Virus record (IMG/VR): IMGVR_UViG_3300042569_003179
DNA length: 64,000 bases
Direction: 5' to 3' (one strand)
From: an uncultured virus (IMG/VR IMGVR_UViG_3300042569_003179)
Taxonomy: Duplodnaviria > Heunggongvirae > Uroviricota > Caudoviricetes
Of this stretch, positions 40,917 through 51,455 are shown piece after piece (position 1 is the stretch's first letter; the number at the start of each line of letters is the position of its first letter). Below the pieces are notes generated by a model. The model was not told the origin of the DNA. It worked only from the letters and a program-made list of their open reading frames with translations, and did not search any database. The translations under genes were made by a program, and so were the position numbers.

Positions 40917-41809
40917 GGTTTTTCTGATTGGTAATTGGTGGTTGATTGTTGATGGTTTAATAAAGCTTTCAACTCAGCTATTTCAGCGGCCTGTCGTTGT
41001 TCAAGAGTGGGGGGCTTGGGTATCGCACGGTACGCGGCTAGGGCGTCTTCTTTCGTGGGCCAACTGAATTTATTTAGGAATTCTAGGTATGTAAGGGAGT
41101 TGGGCAACCACCATTCACTTTCTTTATTTAAATAGTGGTTCCGGTCTCTTACTACCCACTTTGTGTTCCCACGGTCACACGCTTCAATATAAATTTCGCT
41201 GTGATGGTGTGTATAATGGAACCTAAAAGGTACTGGCTCCGGTATGGCCCCCGAAAAAGAAGGCTCTTTGATCCAACGGACTAAGCCCAAAAGGGTATCC
41301 GTAGCATCCATTGATTCCCAATCGTCATCTCCGTCGTACCTATTGAGTCGTTCAGTGTAAACCCAGCGTAGTGTACCGTCCACATTTTGTTCTAAATCAC
41401 CATCAATAAACCCCTGACCAGCCAAAAAGCGTAGAATCTCGTCGTCAGTCCTAGTATATTTGGTACCACCAGAAAGCTCAGAAATTCTATCATCTTGCTT
41501 CGAGATGAATTCAGAGGCTCGGCGAAGTAGGCCAGGAGAAACCTCGTGGCACTGACCAAAGTAATCTAAACTGTGGGCCGTCACCCATAGAGAAGACACG
41601 AGATCTATTAGCTCCTTTTCATCTATTGGGTTCGTTTGGTTTGTGGTGTTGTCAATCTCGCTTAGCAAGGCAGTTCTATACTGCCCCATTGATTGAAAAC
41701 TCATAGCGAAATCATCGTCAGCGATTAGGCTTCGAATATCGTTTGTCATGTTTGTTTTAGGGGTTACAAGGTTTGTCAGAAAAGGTTTAATGCCATCGCC
41801 TGGGCCCAA
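40913..41809 (-). CDS. mosaic hypothetical protein
   Basis: LIADD.FA.SFQSMGQYRTALL module; likely start at the internal MTNDIR. Confidence 0.6.
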   Translation of the reverse strand: MGPGDGIKPFLTNLVTPKTNMTNDIRSLIADDDFAMSFQSMGQYRTALLSEIDNTTNQTNPIDEKELIDLVSSLWVTAHSLDYFGQCHEVSPGLLRRASEFISKQDDRISELSGGTKYTRTDDEILRFLAGQGFIDGDLEQNVDGTLRWVYTERLNRYDGDDDWESMDATDTLLGLVRWIKEPSFSGAIPEPVPFRFHYTHHHSEIYIEACDRGNTKWVVRDRNHYLNKESEWWLPNSLTYLEFLNKFSWPTKEDALAAYRAIPKPPTLEQRQAAEIAELKALLNHQQSTTNYQSEKP

Positions 41810-42960
41810 TACAGGATCAGGGTCTAAAGGGCAATTATGACGTTGAGTTTATTACCAGTGGGGACATCAAAATAAATTTCAAAGTCCGGGGAGTGTTTAG
41901 TTGCCATTTCCCCAAAGCTCTTCATAAGTTTGCTTGATGGTGTCTTCCTTATTAAGTGGGTGATTGTCACTCCATTCGCCAATTTCTTTTGATTGAATAG
42001 ACATTATCTTTGGGTAGAGGTGCCTTATGTTTTCAATGAAATACACAATATCATCTTCAGGCATGTCCTCAAAACCCAATACTAAAACTTCAACTTTGTA
42101 TGCTTTCATTGTCCCCCGGTTGCTTCGAAACACCCCTGATCGTAACCTTCGTCGTACATTTCTTGGGCAAATTTTAGAAGTCCATGGAGGAGCTTAGATT
42201 TTACGACGAATGACGATGGTTCAATTCTTACTAGGTCACCCATGCCATCTATAGCTGACCCCTTTCTGATAAAGTTGAAGTGTTGACTAGCAATCTCAAA
42301 AATTTGTTCGTCAGTCATTATCGAAATAGTGTAGGTTGGTTTGGGGGGTTCCCCATGTAGCTATGGTACTCTAATCGATGGGCCAGGTAAAGGCCGGTTA
42401 ACCGCCCTACCCGTCAAACTCTGAAAGTTCTTTCTTAGCGGCTCCCTTCCCAAGCAATCTCCTTTCTTTTTTATGCAAGACCTTTCCATGAGAACAAAGT
42501 TTGCATCGTGGGTTTCCGCAATCGAGTGGGTCTTTGCTATAGACCTTGCCAAAAGTGATGCAATCAGGGTTAATGCCGTTATTCAAACTACCTAGCAATC
42601 TTAACCATTTATTCCTCAAACGTTCCGCATGGTGGCGTCTTCGGGCTGACTTTGCCATTTTGGTTCTAGGGCCCTGGACAATTGATTAAACTACTGGGGC
42701 TATGGACGAAGAGGACCAGCTCGTCCTGATCCAAGTAACCAGCCACCAATAAGACTAAAAAAATGTGCCAAAAAAATGTGTCAGGGAAAGGTCCTGGAAT
42801 TGCGAAGCCAATGGAGACTAAAAGGGTTGCGACAGTGAGTAGAATGTAAGGGTTAGGCATTGGGTTTTGTAGAGGGGTGATCCGATGCCATTATAGGGCA
42901 AGTTTTCCCTGGGGAAACGGTCGGTTTTCCGAACCCATGGTTAAAACTCCGAAGCCAAAA

Positions 42961-43042
42961 TACCGAATGTCGGACTCGAACCGACACGCCTTGCGGCAAT
43001 CGCTTTTGAGGCGGCCATGACTACCAATTCCATCAATTCGGC
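42961..43042 (-). tRNA. tRNA-Leu(CAA)
   Basis: cloverleaf with long variable arm, anticodon loop CTCAAAA. Confidence 0.9.
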
Positions 43043-43170
43043 ATTTGCCCTGAGTAGCCAGCTCAAGGACTTTTTGGATGTTTGAACCGTCGCTCATTTC
43101 ACCCTCCATTTTGATATGGGAGATGGGCTCCTTTAAGGAGTTAACTCCCGAGCAAGTTACTGATTGCTCA

Positions 43171-43284
43171 CCGATAGAATTTTGCTAACCTAAGTTAACA
43201 ATGCACAGGTATTAATACCTGAGGGGCTATCTCCCAAAGTCTCAAGAATTCTTGAGACGCTTTTTACCCAGATATTCCGGGCAC
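43171..43284 (-). mobile_element. 114-bp non-coding element, copy 1 (putative MITE)
   Basis: identical copy at 58707-58820 in unrelated flanks. Confidence 0.6.
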
Positions 43285-43321
43285 ACCGTCTCTTTTTGGC
43301 TGGCCCAGAGAAGACGGGCTA

Positions 43322-43402
43322 TGGGGGCAGGGGGACTCGAACCCCCACGGCCGAAGCCAGAAGTTTTTAAGACTTCCGTGTCTACCATTCCACCATGCTC
43401 CC
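43322..43402 (-). tRNA. tRNA-Leu(TAA)
   Basis: cloverleaf, loop CTTAAAA, long variable arm. Confidence 0.92.
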
Positions 43403-43759
43403 TTGTGTGCCCCATCATAGCACCCCTTGGGTAAAAGTCGGGGCCTTTGGGGTTAGTTCGTGGCTAAATCCGAAGATGAACTAAACCCAAAGCAAACCCC
43501 TAGCCAATCAACCAATACTCAAGTAAGCCCTAGCCTCTACAATTTCCAAGCCATCCCCACCAAAGGTAAACGAAGTTTGGACTCCCCTGTGATTTGAAAA
43601 TGGGCTAGAGATTGTCACCGTTAGGGAATTAGGGTTATCTAACTCCCCATAGGAAACTCTGCCCAGGGTCAACCAGTTAGATTGGAATCTATTGATGATA
43701 GACTCTTTTGAAAGTCGTGGGTATTGGAATTGCATTTGTTTGCTAAGGCTGCCCCTAAA

Positions 43760-44203
43760 TCAGGCAGTGAGTACACATGGGGTAGATTTACCCAACTTGC
43801 TGAAATTGGCTGTTGTCACTAGTTTTACTGATTGACTGCCGGACATCTTGGCATCCGATTGAGCACCAGCCAGCAATTTCATTTGCTTGAGGGTAGCCAG
43901 CATTTCGGTAGCTTCCTTGGCGCCATCACGGTTGGCGATAGCAAGTTTGGAATGGTTTTTGCGGGCAGAGCCATAATCACTCCCATATTGCGCCCACCAA
44001 GCATCTTGCTGCTCGATGTCCCAATCATAGGAAAACACAGGCACATCAGAGACGGCGTGTTGGTTGGTGCGGATTTGATTTTTGCGGTTGCGTTGGCCCT
44101 GGCTGAGTTGGCTGTAGGCTTGTTTCCAGTCGGCAATGGCTTGAAGGTAGGTTTCCTTAGTAGTGAAGGCGGTGAAGGTGGTGAATGCGGCTAGAGTTGT
44201 CAT
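43760..44203 (-). CDS. hypothetical protein
   Basis: F.TKE.YL....WK..Y..LS pattern. Confidence 0.65.
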   Translation of the reverse strand: MTTLAAFTTFTAFTTKETYLQAIADWKQAYSQLSQGQRNRKNQIRTNQHAVSDVPVFSYDWDIEQQDAWWAQYGSDYGSARKNHSKLAIANRDGAKEATEMLATLKQMKLLAGAQSDAKMSGSQSVKLVTTANFSKLGKSTPCVLTA

Positions 44204-44298
44204 TGTTTTTGTTGTGTGTGTGTGTTTCGGTGTGGGCTATCGACCGAGTTAGTGTAAGATGGGCCCGTGGTCGGGGCAATACGGTAAACCGACCAGGT

Positions 44299-44853
44299 TC
44301 ATTTAGGGTGGGTGTCTGCTGATCTAAAACCCACTTGAGTGGGCCTGCTGTTCGGACCCTTGAACGGCACATTAACTCTGTGATCCACTATCGTTACCGG
44401 TGAATCTAAACTCAAAGTGTTACCCCCCAGATTAATTCTTTTCACTTGGACATACTCTGCAACTTTTTGCAGATCTTCAAGTACCGCGCCACCGTTGGCC
44501 ACGACCATGTCAGCAACTGCCATCAGGCTCCGGTACTGCTTATCGTCAAACTTTAAGCCGTTGGCTTCTTTGAGAATACACAGAATAACTTTTTCTGGCC
44601 TTTTATTACTATCATCTACTACCTCAGCAATAGAGTAAAACCCTTTTATTTCAGGCGTAATGACATAGAGGCAAAAATCGCAATTTTTTCTTTGCTCAAT
44701 TTCCTCAAGCCGTGCCCTGTCTGTCCATTCTTCGACTACGGGGTTAAAATATCCCAGCAGCCGCTGCTCCAGTAGGATTATAAGTTCTTCGCGCCAAGTG
44801 GATCCATTACAAGTGCCCCCAAGGAACACTTTTGTTTGATTGTCTGAAGTCAT
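44299..44853 (-). CDS. nucleoside 2-deoxyribosyltransferase-like protein
   Basis: KVFLGGTC..STWR, YFNPVV.EW and YSIAEV motifs. Confidence 0.8.
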   Translation of the reverse strand: MTSDNQTKVFLGGTCNGSTWREELIILLEQRLLGYFNPVVEEWTDRARLEEIEQRKNCDFCLYVITPEIKGFYSIAEVVDDSNKRPEKVILCILKEANGLKFDDKQYRSLMAVADMVVANGGAVLEDLQKVAEYVQVKRINLGGNTLSLDSPVTIVDHRVNVPFKGPNSRPTQVGFRSADTHPK

Positions 44854-44962
44854 TTTGCTGGTGTTTGTATGTTGGTGAACTTGCTGTTAAAGCTGTGTTT
44901 GTTACGAGCCTATTGTAGCTTAAAGGGGGAGCTGAGTCAAGGGGGAGGCCAAACCCCGACCA

Positions 44963-46195
44963 TCACTCAATCCAATGGGGGACCACTCGGCTTGTGTCAA
45001 GGACAATCGGCCGGTCATGATCCCTAATGATGATGCCTGCGGGTTCATTACCGACAACCCAAGACCCGATGACTGCCCGATTGTCGCCGTCCTGGAAAAG
45101 ATCGGCTTTTTTCTGGTAGATGCGGGGTCCATCATACATGCCAGTAGTTCTAGAGGTTACCACACCTGACTCAACAATGTCAATGTTGGCCCCTTCCCGG
45201 CTCAGCATAGGCTTTACCACGTAGGATGTGGGATTTAGTTTTCCGGATGAAAACGCCTCTAATTGTTCTGGTGTTCCATGCTCCCGGAGATTCAGCCAAT
45301 CCCAATCATCCACCGGGATGCCACCCTCAGTGAAACTGGCTGGAAGGATGTTAGGGTGGTCTGGAAACATCTCATGGAGAATAGGCAAGATGCCCTTATT
45401 GCTCAGGATTGATTTCCAGATTGGCTCTACAATTCCAGAGGAACCTTTAATAGTGTGTAATCCAAACTCATCTCCCATCATCCATTCCCATGGGTATAGC
45501 TTGAACCAATACTTAATCGGATTCTCTTGGATGTCAGTGAAGTTTTCTCCATTCCAGCCAATGTCCCCCAAATCAATAAAATCTGTAGTTAACCCAGCCT
45601 GAGTAGCTAAATCTTGGAAGTAAACCAGGGTCTGATACTCCTCTAGGCTTTCAGAATAACCTGCAAATACAAACTTGTGGCCGAACGGTACCCTTTGCCT
45701 GATTTCCTTGAATTGGTCAATAAGTTTTTCATGCAAAGAGTTGAATTGGTCTTTTCCGGGCTTAACATCCTGCAACCAGAACCATTGCATTAGCGCCGAT
45801 TCAATAACCATTGTAGGAGTGTCTGCATTGTATTCCAACATCTTAGGTTGGCTGTCCCCCGTATATGCAAAGTCAAACCTGCCATATAAAGATGGGTCGC
45901 ATTGCTTCCAGGATTTGGAAATCGCGGAGTGGTATGCTGAGGGAATTCCGATTTTTGCCATTAACTCTGAATCACCCACAACCTTGTCCACAGCATCGAG
46001 GCACCGGAGTTGGCATTCCCGTGTGGCATCTTCAAGTTCGTCAATTTCAGCCATAGAAAACTCATAGGCCACAGATTCATCCCAATAGGTTCCCTCCCCA
46101 TCTTTTGATGAGGTACCCGATGTGTGGTAGGTGAACCCAATCTCTTCAGCTTTTTCTTGCCAATTAACGCGAGGTTGTAGGGTGTGACGTTTCAT
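44963..46195 (-). CDS. glutathionylspermidine synthase family ATP-grasp ligase (YgiC-like)
   Basis: YWDES, LYGRFDF, LEYNADTPT, FKLYPWEW, EP.WK.ILSNK and KP.LSREGAN motifs. Confidence 0.93.
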   Translation of the reverse strand: MKRHTLQPRVNWQEKAEEIGFTYHTSGTSSKDGEGTYWDESVAYEFSMAEIDELEDATRECQLRCLDAVDKVVGDSELMAKIGIPSAYHSAISKSWKQCDPSLYGRFDFAYTGDSQPKMLEYNADTPTMVIESALMQWFWLQDVKPGKDQFNSLHEKLIDQFKEIRQRVPFGHKFVFAGYSESLEEYQTLVYFQDLATQAGLTTDFIDLGDIGWNGENFTDIQENPIKYWFKLYPWEWMMGDEFGLHTIKGSSGIVEPIWKSILSNKGILPILHEMFPDHPNILPASFTEGGIPVDDWDWLNLREHGTPEQLEAFSSGKLNPTSYVVKPMLSREGANIDIVESGVVTSRTTGMYDGPRIYQKKADLFQDGDNRAVIGSWVVGNEPAGIIIRDHDRPIVLDTSRVVPHWIE

Positions 46196-46279
46196 TTTGC
46201 TGTTTGGGTTGGCGGGTTGGTGCCCGGTATGATAATTTGGGAGTCTACCCAGCCACTATAGCACAGCTTAACCCTGCAA

Positions 46280-47044
46280 TCAACTCCCACTGCCAAACCC
46301 TCGACCGCCCCCACCGAATCCGCTCCGGGCAGATGCTGACCGAGACGACGTAAACGATGAGCGTCCATAACCTCCCACAGAGCCCCTAATCGATGCACTA
46401 CGGGCAGATGGCACATAGTTGCTGCTTAAGGCCAAAGATCGCCCACTAGATGGGTTGGCGCGAATGTAGGAGGTTCGCATTCCTTCCGTCAGGGAATTGG
46501 ATCTGATTCCGGAGAACCCATACGAGTAATAATAAGGAGTCGGATACCAACCGCCAAGAACAACAACTGAGGTTCGATCATAATCGTCGTCCTGATTATC
46601 AAAGACCGATGGCCCCGCAACTACGGCTCGCTCCTTAAGCTCATCAGCAGTAAGGGGCCGCTCGTTGATATAGCCTTCTTCATCTTCGTATTCTGCTGTT
46701 TTTTGATCGTAGCCTTGGAGATATACAGGGCGACTATTCGCCATGAAACCAACCATTTTAGGCAACCAAACTGTGGCACCGTCTAAAGTTACTTCGGAAC
46801 ATTCCTGATGACCTGCCGTCTTGCAATTAGCAGTGCTGGGGTAGCGAGGTGCCTTGAGCAGGTGGCTAAATGCTGCCCGATCATAATGCTGCTTGCAATC
46901 TTTGGTTCCAAACTTTTCACATTCTTCTATAGTTGAAAAAATCTTCTGACCTTCCAAGCTGGGTTGGGGTTTGGAGCAAGCTGTCAATGTGATGGCCGTC
47001 ATGGATGCAATGAGGACCAAAGAGATGGATTGTGTGTGTTTCAT
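46280..47044 (-). CDS. DUF1190 (YgiB-like) lipoprotein
   Basis: lipobox LTAC, conserved Cys pattern, APRY, RSGFG tail; upstream of the YgiC-like gene. Confidence 0.75.
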   Translation of the reverse strand: MKHTQSISLVLIASMTAITLTACSKPQPSLEGQKIFSTIEECEKFGTKDCKQHYDRAAFSHLLKAPRYPSTANCKTAGHQECSEVTLDGATVWLPKMVGFMANSRPVYLQGYDQKTAEYEDEEGYINERPLTADELKERAVVAGPSVFDNQDDDYDRTSVVVLGGWYPTPYYYSYGFSGIRSNSLTEGMRTSYIRANPSSGRSLALSSNYVPSARSASIRGSVGGYGRSSFTSSRSASARSGFGGGGRGFGSGS

Positions 47045-47106
47045 TGGTGGTGTTTGGACTTTGTATGTATGGTAAGGCCTATAGGGGGTTTAGAAACCCA
47101 TTGAAG

Positions 47107-47467
47107 TTAGGCGCTAAACCAGCAAGTACCACCATGGCGAAACTCAGCTTGAATCTGCTTGTAGGTGCAGCGTTTATTGTCCGCAGGACTAACCCTTGAC
47201 AACCCTTCAGGAAGCTCCGTATACTCGGAGAGAAGTTTGACTTCAATGTCTTTGGTACTAATGTCAGGAATCATCTTGGTTTTAATGTCAGGAATTGCTT
47301 TTTGGACAAGCTTTTTTTAAAGCCATGATGGCGGAAAGGGTGTTTCGAACTTCAGTCGGGGTTCTGCACCACCCTAAAGCATTGGAAACTTGTTTGCGGC
47401 TGGAGCATAACTCTTCGGCCCAAAATCTAAACAGTTCGGCATCTTTGTCATCGTTGGGGGCATCCAT
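47107..47467 (-). pseudogene. unannotated gene split by an A7 run (47312-47318)
   Basis: MDAPNDD...MALKK continues as LVQKAIPDIK...CWFSA* after removing one A. Confidence 0.4.
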
Positions 47468-48614
47468 ATTTAGTCTTTGTGTCCTGAATCTGCATTCCGC
47501 TCAAAACCCGAAGCAATAGATCTGATATAACTTTGAGTCTTCTCAGTCACACCAAAATTACAGATGTTTGGAGGGGCACCTGCCGCCCAGCGTGCAATCA
47601 GTTCGTCTTCCAATTCCGGGGTGTGGCGTGAGCGGGTACGCAAGTACCAAACATCATGAGCACAATTCACGGAAACACCAAGTTCGGTTGCTAGGTCTCT
47701 CATGTATTGCTCCAACTCCTCGTAGTATTCGTTGAGAATGTCCTCGTCAAATACGGTGGAAGCTTCGTTGGAGATTTGCTCAGGTGTCATTTTGCGGTTG
47801 GGTGATGATTGGTTAGCTGAAGGTATCGTATTGGTTTTGGCCTAAAGGGTCAAGGTTCGGGAACCCCGCCTTCAACATTGTTTGGCGTACTTTCCTTCGG
47901 TATGAACTTTGGTTTTGATTCCAGAATAGACGGGCATATAGATTTGTCCACCGATGAAACCCAATCTAAAATAGTTCCTAACTAGAAAATTTTCAAAGTT
48001 TGTTTCTGTTAGGGACGTAACTTGGTGCATTGTTTCCAAGGTGCTGCATTGGGTTTGAAGCCGTGTGTTTTGGCACCGGAGTTCCTGGTTAAGGTCGTCC
48101 CAATTCAAAAGATAAGGTTTCGTGTGCTTCATGACTGATTGCCACGGGAGATTCTCGCAAGGATTGCCTTACCGATTTATTGCCAAATAGTTAAGGGTTT
48201 CGGTGGCTAGGGTACCCATTGGTTTTGGGCTTTGCAGTTCCAGTCAAAATTTTGATAAGGGGGGAGGTTAACTTCTATGCAATAGGCCCCGCAAAGGTTG
48301 CAAAACCTCCATTTATCTTGTAATTCTCGGGAGCTAAAGTCACCAGGGGTGCTGTGGCCGCATGTAGAGCAGTTTTTGATTGGGAGTTCGCTCATTGTTC
48401 TTAGTGTGGGGAATCGAATGCGGGACTTTGATTGGCCCTGATGGTCTGTGGCGGGGTAAATTCTTAGCGCCTTAACTTAGCTACTATAGGTTGTTTTCTC
48501 CGGGGTTACCAGGGCGGTTATCCCTACTAAAAGGGACGGTAATTACACCATCGGAAGGGGGGAGCACCCTGCCGCATGGGGGACGAACCCTGTGCATCAT
48601 CACCGATAAGGCAA

Positions 48615-49073
48615 TCAAAGCCCTAGAAGTTTACGATCTTCGGGGTCGAGTTTTGAAAGGGCAGCTTGTCGTTTACGGTGGTTTTCTTCTACTTCAAGAC
48701 GAGAGCGTCTAATGTACTCAATCACTGAGAAGGCATTATCGATTTCGTATACTAAATTACAGTAGTCAGAGTAAGAGTAGCTATCTTGATACAACGCAAG
48801 ATTAAGGCTGTTACCTGAGAGGCTGAAGTTTGAATTATGGATGGTAAGTTTGAATATATTGGGTTCCGGTTGTTTTAGGGTATAATCAATGACCTCTTTA
48901 TCTAGTTCTGAGAGCAAATTAAGGATAATACCAGGAAAAGCATGGAAGTAGGAATCCATTTCCTTCTTTTGAATCTGAGCAGCGGCGGCCTTTAATTCAG
49001 CTTCTTTTTCCAGACGTTGCTGCTTGCGGAGAGCTTTTTCTTCGTCGGATAGTGGTTGCTTGGGGCTTGGCAT
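48615..49073 (-). CDS. hypothetical protein with C-terminal ALSKLDPEDRKLLGL motif
   Basis: downstream of repeat copy B. Confidence 0.7.
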   Translation of the reverse strand: MPSPKQPLSDEEKALRKQQRLEKEAELKAAAAQIQKKEMDSYFHAFPGIILNLLSELDKEVIDYTLKQPEPNIFKLTIHNSNFSLSGNSLNLALYQDSYSYSDYCNLVYEIDNAFSVIEYIRRSRLEVEENHRKRQAALSKLDPEDRKLLGL

Positions 49074-49099
49074 AGTCTGCTTAGGGTTTGGGGTCGGGG

Positions 49100-49194
49100 G
49101 TGTTGGTGCTATTATAGGTCGTTTACTTTCGGGTGTGGGTGCGGATTCCCGTACAAAAAGGTTCGGTAATTACACCATCGGGAGCCGAAGTCAA
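49100..49194. repeat. intergenic repeat, copy B (contains TATAAT on the minus strand)
   Basis: near-identical to copies A and C; includes the stop of 49191..49544. Confidence 0.9.
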
Positions 49195-49544
49195 AACCCT
49201 GGTAGGCCACATTCCTTAAGCCAACCATCATACCAAATCTGAGCCGAACCACGGATCACTTCGTCAACCATGTCCGTCAGGATCCACTCTTGGCTTGAAT
49301 GAAATGGTGCGCTTCTTAGATGCACATACCGGTGACCTGCCCAGTAGTCTAGAAACGTCCGGTCTTCGTTCGGGAAGATATCAAAAAGTAGCTGACTCAT
49401 GAGCGGACGCTTATCGATGCCTCGACTCATTTTGTCAAGCGTAACTTTGACGGCCGCTAGTTGGTCTTTGGTAAGGGTGTTTTTCGGGATTGCATCAAGG
49501 TTGACTTTTCCGGTAGGGGTCGTTGCTAGTGGATGATAAGGCAT
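49191..49544 (-). CDS. hypothetical protein flanked by direct repeats B and C
   Basis: ORF between two repeat copies. Confidence 0.65.
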   Translation of the reverse strand: MPYHPLATTPTGKVNLDAIPKNTLTKDQLAAVKVTLDKMSRGIDKRPLMSQLLFDIFPNEDRTFLDYWAGHRYVHLRSAPFHSSQEWILTDMVDEVIRGSAQIWYDGWLKECGLPGF

Positions 49545-49565
49545 TGGCTCGGGGGTATGACGGGA

Positions 49566-49660
49566 GTGTTGGTACTATTATAGGTCGTTTACTTTCGGGT
49601 GTGGGTGTGGATTCCCGTACTTTTAGGTTCGGTAATTACGCCATCGGGAGCCGAAGTCAA
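49566..49660. repeat. intergenic repeat, copy C
   Basis: includes the stop of 49657..50025. Confidence 0.9.
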
Positions 49661-50025
49661 CGAATCCCAAGTGCGTCCCTTTGCTCAGGAGTCAACGCTT
49701 CCTTTGCTACCCTCCTTGCTTCCGCCTTAACTTTTTCCGCTTCCTTTTGTTTTCGGTGGCTTTCACGCCGCTTCTCATATTCCTCGTCGGTCTCCTCTCT
49801 AATTTTGTAATACTTAGTTTCACACATTGCGTACTCATGGCCGTAGTCGTTATCGATCCACTTTTCGCTATCTATGTGGGTGAAACCCTCGTTTAAGATA
49901 TCTTGAAGATACGCAATAACTGCTGAAATTTCCCTACTGAAAACATCAGTGGCATTATCCGTGTATTGCTCTTTTTTAGACTGCATTTTGTAGTCAGTTA
50001 CAGTTAGCCTTTTGAGTTTTGCCAT
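49657..50025 (-). CDS. hypothetical protein, paralog of 50077..50436
   Basis: EGFT...K.REETD.EY..R...EQR.ALGI shared. Confidence 0.7.
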   Translation of the reverse strand: MAKLKRLTVTDYKMQSKKEQYTDNATDVFSREISAVIAYLQDILNEGFTHIDSEKWIDNDYGHEYAMCETKYYKIREETDEEYEKRRESHRKQKEAEKVKAEARRVAKEALTPEQRDALGIR

Positions 50026-50076
50026 TTTGCCTTTGTTTTTGTTTTCAAAAGAACTTTAAAGGAATGCCATAACAGA

Positions 50077-50436
50077 TTATTGACTAATACCCAAAGCCTC
50101 TCTTTGCTCCTGAGATAGTCCCGCAATAGTCACCCTCCGTCTTTCCGCTTTTTCTTCCCTTTCTAATTCAACTTTCAGTCGTGCCTGATACTCTGCGTCA
50201 GTTTCCTCTCTTTCTTTGAAATAGGAAAGATAAGCTGTACCGAGTCCATCCCATCCAGAGATGTCTACGTCTAAGGTCGTAAAACCTTCATCTATGAGAG
50301 ACTCGATATAGTCCGCAAGTTCCCTTAGGTTTCTAGGGAGGTACCTCAAGTCATCTTCAAGTTTTTCTTGTCTGTGGATGTTGTGGGTGAATAACCCTAA
50401 CTTGTATTCTTTAATTAGTTTCTTTGTTTTTTCCAT
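50077..50436 (-). CDS. hypothetical protein, paralog of 49657..50025
   Basis: shared motifs as above. Confidence 0.7.
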   Translation of the reverse strand: MEKTKKLIKEYKLGLFTHNIHRQEKLEDDLRYLPRNLRELADYIESLIDEGFTTLDVDISGWDGLGTAYLSYFKEREETDAEYQARLKVELEREEKAERRRVTIAGLSQEQREALGISQ

Positions 50437-50654
50437 TTTGGTTTAGTGATTTGTTGTGTAGGGAGCCTATCCCTTTGTGTCCCAACCAGTGTAAAGCACC
50501 CTGTACATGACTTAATGGGAACCTAGTGGCATGCAACTTTAAGCAACCAAATGGAATGGACGATGCCAAACACAAATGCCACGCCAATTAGTCCACTGAC
50601 CCAACCAACTCTGCGCCCATGTTCGTGAATTTTGGTGTCCGCTGGGGTTGGCAA

Positions 50655-50909
50655 TTAGCATCTCATGATGGGACCATTTTGTGGGGGCCTTTGAGCAGGG
50701 TTTGTTGGCGGGACAGGCACTGAAGACCCTGAGTGAATCTCATTCAAGGCACCCTGAGCCTCAGGACCCCCAAAGCTCGGGTCAATCTCATGGTAGAAAA
50801 CCATGTTGAGGTGGTTGCGGATAACTTGGATTTGGTCCGGAGTAAGAGATTCAGGGTTCCCAAGTTCAAAGAGCCCTTGTAGCCAATAGCAAAAGTTGCG
50901 GGATGTCAT
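50655..50909 (-). CDS. F(C/V)xWLQG family protein
   Basis: MTSRNFCYWLQGLFE...QIQVIRNHL..V. Confidence 0.7.
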   Translation of the reverse strand: MTSRNFCYWLQGLFELGNPESLTPDQIQVIRNHLNMVFYHEIDPSFGGPEAQGALNEIHSGSSVPVPPTNPAQRPPQNGPIMRC

Positions 50910-51014
50910 TTTGGTTGCGGGAAGGTTAATGGTTGGTGTAGCAGTTGAGACCAAGGGATTTAGGGTCATCAAGTTCAAAGAGTCTTTGAAGCCAGTAGCA
51001 AAAGTTATGGGATG

Positions 51015-51404
51015 TCATTTTGGTTTTGGTGGTTGACGGCCACCAAGGGATTCAACTTGCCCTGACATACCTGTGGGCCCCAGTGAGCTGCTCCCTCTAA
51101 CGACCCTCCATGTGGTTGTACCATCGGGTTGTCGCTGCTCGATCTGAATGGCTTGATCTGGGTCAAACCCGTGCTTGGCTATGAATGCTTGAAGAACCTC
51201 TTCGCGCTGAGATAGGATTGGGTTTACTATGTTTTGTAAACTGTTGTGAAACTCTTGTAGTTCCTTATTGTCTGGGCTCTTCCTCGGTACCCCATACGAC
51301 CCGGCCACGGCGGCGATGACTTCAGCTTGGTCTGAGTTGAGTTCAATTCCTGTTATACTGAGGATGTAGCCTTGCAGCCAGTGGCAAAAGTCGCGTGATT
51401 GCAT
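51015..51404 (-). CDS. F(C/V)xWLQG family protein
   Basis: MQSRDFCHWLQGYI. Confidence 0.7.
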   Translation of the reverse strand: MQSRDFCHWLQGYILSITGIELNSDQAEVIAAVAGSYGVPRKSPDNKELQEFHNSLQNIVNPILSQREEVLQAFIAKHGFDPDQAIQIEQRQPDGTTTWRVVRGSSSLGPTGMSGQVESLGGRQPPKPK

Positions 51405-51455
51405 TGTCGTGTTTAGATTGAGTGTGAATTTCAATAGGATTATATTCGGGTCCAG

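Noticed and set aside
43171..43284. 114-bp element as a group I or group II intron
   Set aside because: Too short; no recognisable P7 core or domain V; copy 1 is not inside a tRNA
36377..49660. Repeats as a CRISPR array
   Set aside because: Copies are ~90 bp, dispersed and separated by whole genes; no regular repeat-spacer period and no cas genes
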